In this document: piece by piece, positions 1-8,784 of the stretch
Position numbering within the stretch: the first letter of the stretch is position 1
Layout: every line of letters begins with the position of its first letter
Assembly: GCF_006345805.1 (NCBI RefSeq)
Contig: NW_021825460.1
Coordinates: forward strand, 1 to 15,534
Source of the DNA: Octopus sinensis
Taxonomy: Eukaryota
DNA: 15,534 bases
Direction of reading: 5' to 3'
Made by a program: the position numbers and the translations under genes
The notes under the pieces: model-generated
Told to the model about the DNA's origin: nothing
Database searches by the model: none
What the model saw: only the letters and a program-made list of their open reading frames with translations

Positions 1-400
1 TTCAAAGGTTTTTAGACGTCGTGGTGTATTGCAAGAATTTCTCATCAAGAGTAGAGTCCACGGTGATCCGTAGGTAGGAGAGGTGCAGCCGGAGGGTGAA
101 TGTCCAAACGAGAATCCGTAAAGGGTAGATAGAATGTCCAGTGAAGAAGTTCGTGCGTGGTAAGTAATGACAGGAAAGACATGTACGTCCACGTGAGCGT
201 GTGATATATAGAGAGAGTTTCCGAAAAAAGCAAAAGACGAAGACAGGTGGTTTACAAAACAAACAGATGTATTAGTATAACGCTCAGGAATAGAAAAAGT
301 ATTTTACGTTTCGATCCTACGCTCTTCTACAGAAAGGGACACAGAAAAAACAAGGAGAGAAACAAAGAAAGAAAAAAAGGAGAGAAAAAAAGAAAGAAAC
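1..400 (-). mobile_element. Probable Penelope-like element (PLE) terminal-repeat/5' fragment, running off the window edge
   Basis: The minus strand has a pyrimidine-rich leader, then CTGTAGAAGAGCGTAGGATCGAAACGTAAAA, similar in layout to the CTGAnGAAG...CGAAACGT motif of PLE terminal repeats, then non-simple sequence to position 1. No RT or GIY-YIG motif can be confirmed. Confidence 0.4.
301..338 (-). ncRNA. Minimal type I hammerhead-ribozyme-like motif (non-canonical core, probably degenerate)
   Basis: Minus strand reads CCCUUU-CUGUAGA-A-GAGC-GUAG-GAUC-GAAA-CG-UA^AAAU. Stem I is UUU/AAA, stem II has 3 of 4 pairs, and stem III is minimal with a palindromic CG. Core position 6 is U rather than A. 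Confidence 0.35.
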
Positions 401-535
401 AAATGGATGTGTTATGAAACTATTCCACACGTAAAATAACAGCCATACAAACAATCCAACACACCTCCATCATCAGCTGCCCCACGGATATCACTATGGT
501 TTCGACACCTGGGCAGAACCATTCAGTCCGGTGGT

Positions 536-610
536 ATACATTTATGTATGTATGTGTGTGTATGTGTGTGTGTGTGGTGTGTTTGTGTGTGTGTGTGTGT
601 TTGTGTGTTT
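536..610. repeat. (TG)n/(TATG)n microsatellite (internal microsatellite of a family-B SINE)
   Basis: Directly visible and abuts the family-B tail. Confidence 0.9.
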
Positions 611-800
611 GTACCCCTACCATCCCTTTGCAAACGGTGTTGGTGCGTTTACGTCCCTGTAACTTAGCGGTTCGGCAAAAAAACGATAGAATAAGTACTA
701 GGTTTACAAAGAATAAATTCTGAGGACGATTCGTTAGACTAAAGGTGGTGTTCCAGCATGGCCGCGGTCAAATGACTGAAACAAATAAAAGTGTAAAAGA
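601..800 (+). mobile_element. Family-B SINE, 3' half
   Basis: TTTACGTCCCTGTAACTTAGCGGTTCGGCAAAA...GATAGAATAAGTACTAGG...GACTAAAGGTGGTGTTCCAGCATGGCCGCGGTCAAATGACTGAAACAAATAAAAG. Homologous to 15027-15250 (-), 8260-8410 (-) and 14266-14336 (+). Confidence 0.85.
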
Positions 801-1305
801 ATGATTACAGAATTTTCCTCCCTTAGAATTTTCTCCCTTATATCATGATATAAATGATATAAATAATAAGAATAAGAACACATTGCTTCGGCAACGCTAA
901 ATGCAGAATACTTATTATGGTAAAGTTGGATAAATAATGAAGTAAGGAAGATAGCAATTTTTACAAAATGGATTTTAATGATGAAGTCAACCAGCAGAGA
1001 CACAAAACCCGGCAAATGAATTCTGATAATTCGATATTAATGACGAAAAGAAAAACAGAAGCAAAAACAAAATAACACGAATTAAAAAGTAATTGCAGTT
1101 GGGAGAAACAGGAATTATGATACAGAAACGATCATTGGAGACCAAAAAACAGCCAACGAAGTTTCGCAGGAAAATCGATATACATCATAAACCCATACTT
1201 AGCAAATTAATATTTAAAGATTGGTCAACTAAAATGACAGTTACGTAGACAGGAAAAAGGGCTCCGCTTCAAAAAACCATAAAACCAGCATGTATGTATG
1301 TGTGC

Positions 1306-1877
1306 CTGTATGAGAGTAAGCTAAAGGAGAACGACCTCCACATAAACCAAAAAAGAGGGGTATAAGGACTTGCTGAAGGCTTCCTTAAGAGATGCTTGCA
1401 TCTCTCCTGACACATGGGAGGGCATAGCTATTGATCGTAGCAGGTGGAGAAGGATTGTGCACGAGGGGACAGCTACTTTTGAGAAATCTCGAGTTGCGTA
1501 TGAGAAAGTAAGGAGGGATGTCAGGAAGGGCATTGCTGTTACACTTCCAGGTGGGAAGGGTCTTCCTATGATGCTGACATGCAGTGTCTGTGCAAGACCC
1601 TGCCTCAGTCATTTTCGTAGTCATAAAGCGAGACAGATGAGTGACAACCTGGCCACTGGTGGTGGTGTTAACACCCATATTAATCATATCTATCATGCAT
1701 ATAGAAGAGAGTGTAATTAAGCAGAGGACTTAAACGACATGCAAAGGTACATGAAGCCCAGTTACAACTATAGCCGGCTATTACCAGTAAAAGTTTAGCT
1801 GCCAATTCTGTACCAGACATTGTAGAGCTTTAGCTGGGCTAAAAAGTCACATTCGATCACAGCACCAATACGAGTTA
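1306..1877 (+). mobile_element. RTE-clade non-LTR retrotransposon remnant: 5'-truncated, frameshifted C-terminus of the ORF with three C2H2-type zinc-finger repeats
   Basis: Across frameshifts it reads GERPPHKPKKR (1326-1358) / YKDLLKASLRDACISPDTWEGIAIDRSRWRRIVHEGTATFEKSRVAYEKVRRDVRK...TCSVCARPCLSHFRSH...RREC* / RGLKRHAKVH (1723-1752) / FSCQFCTRHCRALAGLKSHIRSQH (1794-1865). This matches the post-RT pattern of RTE ORFs (GxR..G.PKKR.KD.LK..L....W...A.DR..WR..V..G...FE). Interrupted at about 1878 by a SINE. Confidence 0.85.
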
Positions 1878-2021
1878 AGTTTCGTTCAAATCCACTTAAA
1901 AGGCTTTGGTTGGCCCAAGACTATAGAAGAAGACACTTGCCCAAGGTGCCACGCAGTGGGACTGAACCCGGAACCATGTGGTTCGTAAGCAAGCTATTTA
2001 CCACACAGCTACTCCTACGCC
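1878..2021 (-). mobile_element. Family-B SINE head (tRNA-derived plus CORE-like domain; resembles octopus OR2-type CORE-SINE as recalled)
   Basis: Minus strand GGCGTAGGAGTAGCTGTGTGGTAAATAGC...GGTTCCGGGTTCAGTCCCACTGCGTGGCACCTTGGGCAAGTGTCTTC has A/B-box-like motifs and the CORE-like CCTTGGGCAAGT. Homologous to 6741-6905 and 9268-9430. Confidence 0.9.
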
Positions 2022-2023
2022 TA

Positions 2024-2078
2024 TAAATATATATATATATATATATACACATGCACACATCCGAGTCTGTGTATGTAC

Positions 2079-2128
<50 letters not shown>
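2024..2128. repeat. (TA)n-dominated compound microsatellite
   Basis: Directly visible. Confidence 0.95.
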
Positions 2129-2129
<1 letters not shown>

Positions 2130-2387
2130 GTTATGACCGTGTATGTGTGAGTATAGGTGAGGGTGGTCTCTCAAAGCTATCCCAATGTATCAGCTGTTGA
2201 ATTTTCTAACTATTTTTACCTGCCAGGTAAATTCGTCACCGAGCAGCTAATACCGAGCTAATATCCCAAAATTATAACCGAGTGTAAATTAAATAATAGA
2301 AAAAATAAATAAAAGTTGATTAAATTAAAAGGAAAACAAATTAGAGATCAAAAGTGAAAATTTCAATAAAACAAGTATGACCTTTAC

Positions 2388-2440
2388 CACGCCTACTGCT
2401 ACCACTACCACCACTACCACCACTACCACTACCACTACTG
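2388..2440. repeat. (ACC/ACT)n trinucleotide repeat
   Basis: Directly visible; accounts for the poly-Thr ORF 2377..2565. Confidence 0.95.
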
Positions 2441-2575
2441 CTAACGTTACTGTGCCGCGGGGAAATAGTTTTGTGTTAGAGATTGCAAGAGTCCATTACA
2501 AGACGCTTGGCTTTCTAGAAATAGTAGGCAATTTCTCTCAAATAGCACTTTGCTGTGTTATATAACAATCTCAAA

Positions 2576-2987
2576 GGCGGCGAGCTGGCAGAAACATTAG
2601 CACGACGGACGAAATGCTTAGCAGTATTTCGTCTGCCGCTACGTTCTGAGTTCAAATTCCGCCGAGGTCGACTTTGCCTATCATCCTTTCGGGATCGATA
2701 AATTAAGTACCATTTACGCACTTGCGTCGATATAATCGACTTAATCCGTTTGTCTGTCCTTGTTTGTCCCCTCTGTGTTTAGCCCCTTGTGGTACTAAAA
2801 AATAGGTATATCGTCTGTCGTTACGTTCTGAGTTCAAATTTCGCTGAGTCGACTTTGCCTTTCATCGTTTCGGGGTCGATTAAATAAGTACCAGTTACGC
2901 ACTGGGGTCGATGTAATCGACTTAATCCCTTTGTCTGTCCTTGTTTGTCCCTTCTGTGTTTAGCCCCTTGTGGGCAATAAAGAAATA
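2576..2987 (+). mobile_element. Family-A tRNA-derived SINE, dimeric (full monomer 2576-2805 plus 5'-truncated monomer 2806-2987), flanked by a 17-bp TSD
   Basis: A-box-like GAGCTGGCAGAA and B-box GAGTTCAAATTCC (2648-2660); central GTCGACTTTGCCT(A/T)TCATC...AAGTACC domain. TSD TATATAACAATCTCAAA (2559-2575) / TATATAACATTCTCAAA (2988-3004). Confidence 0.93.
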
Positions 2988-3179
2988 TATATAACATTCT
3001 CAAATGCATGCAGAAGATTACTTCGAGAATGTCTTACATCATGGCGTTACTCAACCAGAAAATCGAATGCATCCAAAAATGTATCGAAACAATAACAATT
3101 AAAGAATAAACACAACAGTGAAATGGATAAAGGAAGGATTTAATGGTTTATACGTATTATGAAAGAATGTGTTTAAAAG

Positions 3180-3265
3180 ACAGATGGATAGACAGATAGA
3201 CAGACGAGCAGGCAGACAGACAGATAGACAGATAGACAGGTAGAGAGAGATAGAGAGAGAGAGGT
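3180..3265. repeat. (AGAC/AGAT/AG)n microsatellite
   Basis: Directly visible. Confidence 0.9.
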
Positions 3266-3399
3266 GAAACAGTGAAGGGAAAGGAGAAGAATTAGAGAAA
3301 GGGTATGCAAAGGGTATGCAAAACTTTCCTCAACCTTAAAATGTGACAGTGTTTTTTTTTACCGACATTCCAACGATGGAGCTTCGTATCTATGTTTGA

Positions 3400-3860
3400 A
3401 ACCAACTCCTTCCTCAACGGAACAACCTAAATAACTAAAACCAGAAGTGAACACTCATGTTTAGATACGTAGAGGCGCATGTGCCGTCGAGGATATTTTC
3501 AATGTTGTTCTCGTCTTCCTTTATTTATCATTGTAAGTAAAGCTTCCAGTTCTTGGAATTGTTCAACCTACGATCATCAAGCAATTTCTCCAACGACTGT
3601 TCCTTTCTCACAACATCGCCTCCATTTATTGCGCTCCCCTACGAGATATTCCCTATTGTTATTTTGTTATTTTAGGGTGTTAATCTAGGGCGCGAGGCAT
3701 GGAAGTGTTACATAGCTCCACTGGCTGAGCGATGATCTCTCGCAAGCTTACATGACAAGAATCTGTTGGGGCATTCTTGTATTTTAGCGTCTTCTTCACA
3801 TGTCCCAATACAAAGGGATTTAGATTTACAACAAAGGTTTGATCGGTTTAATTGACCTCA
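3400..3860 (-). mobile_element. Highly decayed RTE-clade LINE C-terminal remnant (boundaries uncertain; core 3601-3808)
   Basis: Minus-strand translation with frameshift and stops gives LGHV (3797-3808), RMPQQIL (3757-3777) and, 45 codons later, the W of REYLVGERNKWRRCCEKG (ERNKWRRCCEKG at 3601-3636). Order and spacing match RTE WLGHV.RM...R.PKQ.L...WE.LA.DR..WR...G. Confidence 0.55.
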
Positions 3861-3977
3861 GCATCAGATTGATACATTTTTTTTTCATCAGCCACGTTCG
3901 GAAAGATGCCAATTTCTAACATATGCACAACAGCTTAAACTGAAGGAAGAGGTTTAGTTCGTGAAAATGAACTCGGC

Positions 3978-4058
3978 CTGGTATTTTGTTATCTTAGCAA
4001 CTACCCTCAGAAGGATGAAAGGCAAAGTGGACCTCGTCGAGATTTCAACTCAGAATGT
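3978..4058 (-). mobile_element. Family-A SINE fragment (diverged)
   Basis: AAGGATGAAAGGCAAAGTGGACCTCGTCGAGATTTCAACTCAGAATGT matches the reverse complement of the family-A B-box and central domain. Confidence 0.75.
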
Positions 4059-4204
4059 TAAGGTTGGCGCTATGTTAACTAACCAGTACCAGAAGGTATT
4101 TTGTTCTACTAGCCATTTCACCACCATTTTGTCCGAAGCTTTACAGATTCCATTAATCCACTATCCATCTCGCTTCTACATTATAAGAACTTTATTCATG
4201 AAGT

Positions 4205-4273
4205 TATACACACACACGTATACATGAACGCACACATGTACAAACAAACGTATACACATCCACGCACACACAT

Positions 4274-4320
<47 letters not shown>

Positions 4321-4587
4321 TGTACACATATACACGTATAAACAGACATACATATATATAGAGATTCACACATACACCCACACACACACATACACAACTA
4401 TATATACACATACACATGCATGCACTTACGCACACGCATACACACATGCACACATACACCCACACAGATAAGCACACATATACCCACCCATACACATCCA
4501 TACGCACACACATATACATACATTTACACTCACACACGAACATAGGCATACGCGCACATACATATACACACACATATACACATCCAT

Positions 4588-4618
<31 letters not shown>

Positions 4619-4680
4619 CATAGACACGCACACACGCAGATACACATATGCGCACATACATATACACACACATGCATAAA
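4205..4680. repeat. Long compound (CA)n/(TA)n/(CATA)n microsatellite
   Basis: Directly visible; source of the HT/CV-repeat ORFs. Confidence 0.95.
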
Positions 4681-5013
4681 TACGGAAAATAACTAAATGA
4701 AACCCCATTATTCTAGGAACTTAAAATAAATATTTTTTTAATGGAATCAGATAGTTTGTGGTTTTGTTTCACCCAAAAATTTAAATCCAAAATTTAAACC
4801 AAAAAAGAATTTAAGAGGATGAAAAGGAAAAAAAAAATGAATTCAACAGGAATGGTTTTAATTCCTGCAAAACAAAAATGGTAATAAAAATATAAAGAAA
4901 ATACAAAGAAAAATGTTGTGAAGCTGTTGGTTTTGTATTTGTGCTTTTGTTTAGTTTTTGTGGGTTTTTCTGTTTTATTTGTTAGAATGTTTTACAAAGG
5001 TTTCAGTAAATGA

Positions 5014-5760
5014 GGGAGGGGTAGTTGGGGGAGAGGGATATGGTGGGGGAAAGGGTGGGTGTAAGATGGAGAGCGATGGTGAGATAAGGAGAGGAAGAGA
5101 GAGAGAGAGGTGGAGAGAAGGAAGAGAAAGTTTGAGAGAGGTAAAGAGTCGGAGAGAGGAGGAGAGATAAAATGAGAGAGAGAGAGAAAGAGAGTTAGAG
5201 ACAGAGAGAAATAAAGAGAGAACATCGAAAAAGAGAGCGGGAGAAATTAGAAGAGAGAGAGAGAAAAATAAAGAGAGAAAACTAGAGGGAGACACAAGAG
5301 ACTATTGTTAGAAACAGACAGAGAGAAAGAGAGAGGAAAAGAGAGGGTGAGCAAAAGAGAAAGTGAGATAGAGAGTTAGAAATAGATGGTGGGGAAGAGA
5401 GAAAGAAAGAGGGAGAGAGAGAAGAAGAGAACATAGCTTGTAAAAGACGGGGGTGGGGATAAGAGAGAAAATGAGAGAGAGAGAGAGATCATTGTTAGAA
5501 AGAGATGGAGAAAAAGATAGGGAAAAAGAGAGAGTGAATAAAAGAGAAAGAGAGATAGAGAGAACATTGTTAGAAAAAGACGGCGGGGAAGAGAGTGAGA
5601 GAAAGAGAGAGAGAGAGAAAGAGAACATAGCTAGTAAAATACGGGGGTGGGGATAAGAGAGAAAATGAGAGAGATAGAGAGGGAGAGAGAGGAACATCAT
5701 TGTTAGGTGGAGATGGAGGGAAAGAGAGGGTGAGAGACTTGACAGAGAAGACTTGTTACG
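5014..5760 (+). repeat. Polypurine (GA-rich) low-complexity tract with an internal 194-bp tandem duplication and a 5' G-tract cluster
   Basis: GTTAGAAA..GA.GG.GGGGAAGAGAG occurs at 5375 and 5569; ACATAGCT.GTAAAA.ACGGGGGTGGGGATAAGAGAGAAAATGAGAGAGA at 5431 and 5625 (both offsets 194). Seven G>=3 runs lie in 5014-5059. Confidence 0.85.
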
Positions 5761-5789
5761 ATCGTAAACCGAAGAAATAAAAAAAGAAG

Positions 5790-5935
5790 AGGAAGAAAAA
5801 CTTGAACAACGCAAAAAAAGAAACAACGCCAAAACAAGAAAAAGAGCAACAATACAAACAACAACAACAAATAACAACAACAACAACAACACAAACAACA
5901 ACTTGTAACAAATCCGGCAACAACAATAACAATAA
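5790..5935. repeat. A/C-rich, (CAA)n-type low-complexity tract
   Basis: Directly visible. Confidence 0.85.
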
Positions 5936-6019
5936 AGAATCGTAAAGTCACTTCTATGTATTATCTGGAATACTTTTCTGCGGAAGATGTTGTTCTATGT
6001 CTTCGGATTTGAATTAATA

Positions 6020-6135
6020 TAAGGAGAGGAAGGAGGAAAGGAAGAAAGGAAGAGGGAATGGAAAGAAGGAAGGGAAGAAAGAGAAAAAGAGAAAGAGAGC
6101 AATAGAGAAAAATGAAAGAAGAGAAGAGAGAAAGA
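6020..6135. repeat. GA-rich low-complexity tract
   Basis: Directly visible. Confidence 0.85.
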
Positions 6136-6240
6136 ATTACCATTTTACTTCGTCAGTCTTTAAATGAATACAGTGTTTATGTAATAAAGTTGCAAAAAAG
6201 ATGGCGGCGATACGAAAGTAAAGATAAGAGGCGGGAAGGC

Positions 6241-6345
6241 GAGTTGTTGCTGTTGTTGTTGTTGTTGTTGTTGTTGCGAAGCTCTAGGTTAGCCCTGGCC
6301 AAATAGGCTTATGTCTGAATTATTCCAGCCAAGATCACCCTGTCT
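6241..6345 (-). mobile_element. 3' end of a third retroposon (family C) with a (CAA)n tail
   Basis: On the minus strand AGACAGGGTGATCTTGGCTGGAATAATTCAGACATAAGCCTATTTGGCCAGGGCTAACCTAGAGCTTCG runs into (CAA)n. Simple-repeat tails are typical of RTE-mobilised elements. There is only one copy here, so the family assignment is from recall. Confidence 0.4.
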
Positions 6346-6544
6346 ATTTTACCTTTTTCTTTTTACCTTTTTTTCTTTTTTTTTTTTTGTCTTCTTGGTA
6401 TCTTTTCTAAGGCGGTAATGGTGTGATTTGAGGGAGATATGGCTGCTAATTTCCCCCCCCCCCAAACTGCGTGACCCTCGCTGATTCGGTTGGTGAGAAG
6501 GCTCGTTGGCTGGGTAGTTCGATTGTTGGCTAAATAGGTGTATG

Positions 6545-6605
6545 GATGGTTGGTTGGTTGGTTGGTTGGTTGGTTGGTTGGCTGGTTGGTTGAAGTGGTT
6601 GGAAA
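6545..6605. repeat. (TTGG)n tetranucleotide repeat
   Basis: Directly visible. Confidence 0.95.
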
Positions 6606-6652
6606 TTGGATGGCTACAAAATAAACAATAATGTTGAAAAAATACCCCCATA

Positions 6653-6676
6653 CGTGTGTGTGTGTGTATATACACC

Positions 6677-6724
<48 letters not shown>

Positions 6725-6740
6725 CACACACGTATATATG
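6653..6740. repeat. (TG)n-(TA)n microsatellite, at the internal-microsatellite position of the adjacent family-B head
   Basis: Directly visible. Confidence 0.9.
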
Positions 6741-6905
6741 TACTACAGGTTTCCTCTAGTTTCCTTCTACCAAATCCACTCACAAGGCTTTGGTTGGCCT
6801 GAGTATCATAGTAGAAGACACTTGTCCAGAGTGCCTCACAGTGGGACTGAACCCAGAACCATGTGGTCGGAACGCAAGCTTCTTACTACACAGCCACATT
6901 CCTGT
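6741..6905 (-). mobile_element. Family-B SINE head
   Basis: CAAATCCACTCACAAGGCTTTGGTTGGCC...GAAGACACTTGTCCAGAGTGCCTCACAGTGGGACTGAACCCAGAACCATGTGG; homologous to 1878-2021. Confidence 0.9.
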
Positions 6906-7220
6906 AGGATGTGCTTATCTCCTAATTGCTAGGATAATCTCGATCGTTGAAAACCTTTTAATTCCTATATTACGTATGTGAGACTTCACCGTGGCTGGAA
7001 ACCTGGTTGCTTGCTTAGTTAATCATTGAATGTTTAACAATTACCACACCGGAAATGGCGGTATATATGGAGTAATCCGAAAGATGCACGTGCGTGCGCA
7101 TGCGTGTTCTTATATATATAAACACACTGGTTGCTCACACGATTTTACCGTTGTTCACAAATATATAAATGCAAACACACATTTGCAGGTAACATATAAC
7201 ACACGTTGGCATATATCCAC

Positions 7221-7256
<36 letters not shown>

Positions 7257-7410
7257 GCACACACAGCATGTCAGCACTTACGTACATACAATGCCACGAT
7301 AGAACTCATATACGTGATTGTACATATGCACGCATATATATACTTGCACGCATGACATAGACACACGTTCACCCGATCTCAGCTTACAAACACACTTGAA
7401 TTCATATCGA

Positions 7411-7514
7411 CACGCTTGAATACACAAAGACGTATACACATACATGCTTGAATACACAAACACTTATACACATACATGCTTGAATACACAAACACGTATA
7501 CACATACAAGCTTG
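7411..7514. repeat. 32-bp minisatellite, about 3.2 copies
   Basis: Unit CATGCTTGAATACACAAACACGTATACACATA at 7411, 7443 and 7475, with a partial copy at 7507. Confidence 0.93.
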
Positions 7515-7639
7515 CTGTAACATTTGTACATACGCACACTAATGCACAGATACCAATACCAACATATACGAATAGATTCATTGATTCCAAAAATAACGAT
7601 GTATTTAGTTGCGACAAGAACCTTATATTTTAGGTTCCT

Positions 7640-8176
7640 TTATACTCTAAGTACAAGACCCGAAACTTTTGGGAACGGACCAGTCAATTAGATCGACGTA
7701 ACTGGTACTTAATTTATCGACCCCGAAAGGATGAAAAGTAAAGTCGACCTCGGCGGAATTTGAACTCAACGTAAAGACAGATGAAATACCGCTAAGCATT
7801 TCGCCCGGAGTGCTAACGTTTCTTATTTCTTTATTGCCCACAAGGGGCTAAACATAGAGGGGACAAACAAGAACAGACAAAGGGATTAAGTCGATTACAT
7901 CCACCCCAGTGTGTATCTGGTACTTAATTTATCGACCCCGAAAGGATGAAAGGCAAAGTCGACCTCGGCGGAATTTGAACTCAGAACGTAGCGGCAGACG
8001 AAATACCTGTTTCTTTACTACCCACAAGGAGCTAAACACAGACAGGACAAACAAGGACAGACAAACGGATTAAGGCAAAGTCGACCGCGGCGGAATTTGA
8101 ACTCAGAACGTAACAGCAGACGAAATACGGCTACGCATTTCGCCGCGCGTGCTAATGATTCTGCCAGCTCGCCGCC
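7640..8176 (-). mobile_element. Family-A SINE, trimeric (monomer 1 8007-8176 with central deletion; monomer 2 7823-8006; monomer 3 about 7640-7822 with an alternative tail)
   Basis: Three head-to-tail copies of the GGCGGAATTTGAACTCA B-box reverse complement. The monomer 1/2 junction is the same as in the dimer at 2576-2987. Confidence 0.92.
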
Positions 8177-8259
8177 TAACTGCAACAAGGTTATTACAAG
8201 TTATAGGCGGTTGAGCATCAAGCTAACACACACAAACATATTTGCCAATACGAAACTGC

Positions 8260-8672
8260 GTCATTTGGACTGCGGCCACGCTGGAGCCTTGCAGGGTTAG
8301 ACTGAAGAAACCGACTTATTTAGTCTTTCTTGTTTTTAAGTCTCATGCTTTAGTCTATCGGCCTCAAATGCAGAAATGCTAAGTAACGGGAACGTAAACA
8401 AACCAGCACAATTCAGAGGAGGACAAATCCAAAACCTCATACACACACACATACAAATACAACCCACTGATATGCGTATATACAAATACACACACACATA
8501 GGTACATACATATATGTGTGTGTGTGTGTGTGTACGACTGGCTTCAACACAGTTTCCGCCTATAAAATTCACTCACAAATCATTGGTCAGTCCTGTGTTG
8601 CAGCAGGTATCGAGCATTGGGATTGAACCCGGAACAAAGTGGTTGTACAATAAGGTCTTTAACCACTCAGCC
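8260..8672 (-). mobile_element. Family-B SINE, near full length, old and diverged, with internal CA/TG microsatellite and a deletion in the CORE-like part
   Basis: Tail (GTCATTTGGACTGCGGCCACGCTGGAGC; GCTAAGTAACGGGAACGTAAACAAACCAGC), microsatellite at about 8440-8535 and head (CAGTTTCCGCCTATAAAATTCACTCACAA...GGGATTGAACCCGGAACAAAGTGG) are in the correct order. Confidence 0.8.
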
Positions 8673-8724
8673 AAGATTATATGTGTATATCCCGTGTGTA
8701 TGGGACGCATGTAGATATTTCATC

Positions 8725-8737
8725 AAAACACACACAC

Positions 8738-8784
<47 letters not shown>

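Noticed and set aside
2-262. 86-aa minus-strand ORF with RTCLSCHYL, reminiscent of the PLE RT-to-GIY-YIG linker
   Set aside because: No downstream CxxC/YIG motif in the visible sequence; resemblance too weak to call coding.
1370-1720. 116-aa ORF as a functional host gene
   Set aside because: It is an internal piece of a frameshifted, 5'-truncated RTE ORF starting at a TTG; treated as a mobile-element remnant.
4176-4708. Long ORFs rich in CV/HT/YI (also 420-723, 6363-6932, 9623-10409, 11353-12004)
   Set aside because: Translations of dinucleotide microsatellites.
4958-5951. ORFs up to 197 aa rich in S/L/F or E/R/K, superficially membrane or coiled-coil proteins
   Set aside because: Translations of the GA-rich and CAA-rich low-complexity tracts.
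6198-6208. YY1-like AAGATGGCGGC motif / possible start codon
   Set aside because: The ORF stops after 6 codons, there is no CpG-rich promoter context, and it is a single motif among low-complexity repeats.
7605-7620. Possible TSD for the trimeric SINE (TAGTTGCGACAAG versus TAACTGCAACAAG at 8177)
   Set aside because: Only 10/13 identity and not flush with the tail, so not used as evidence.
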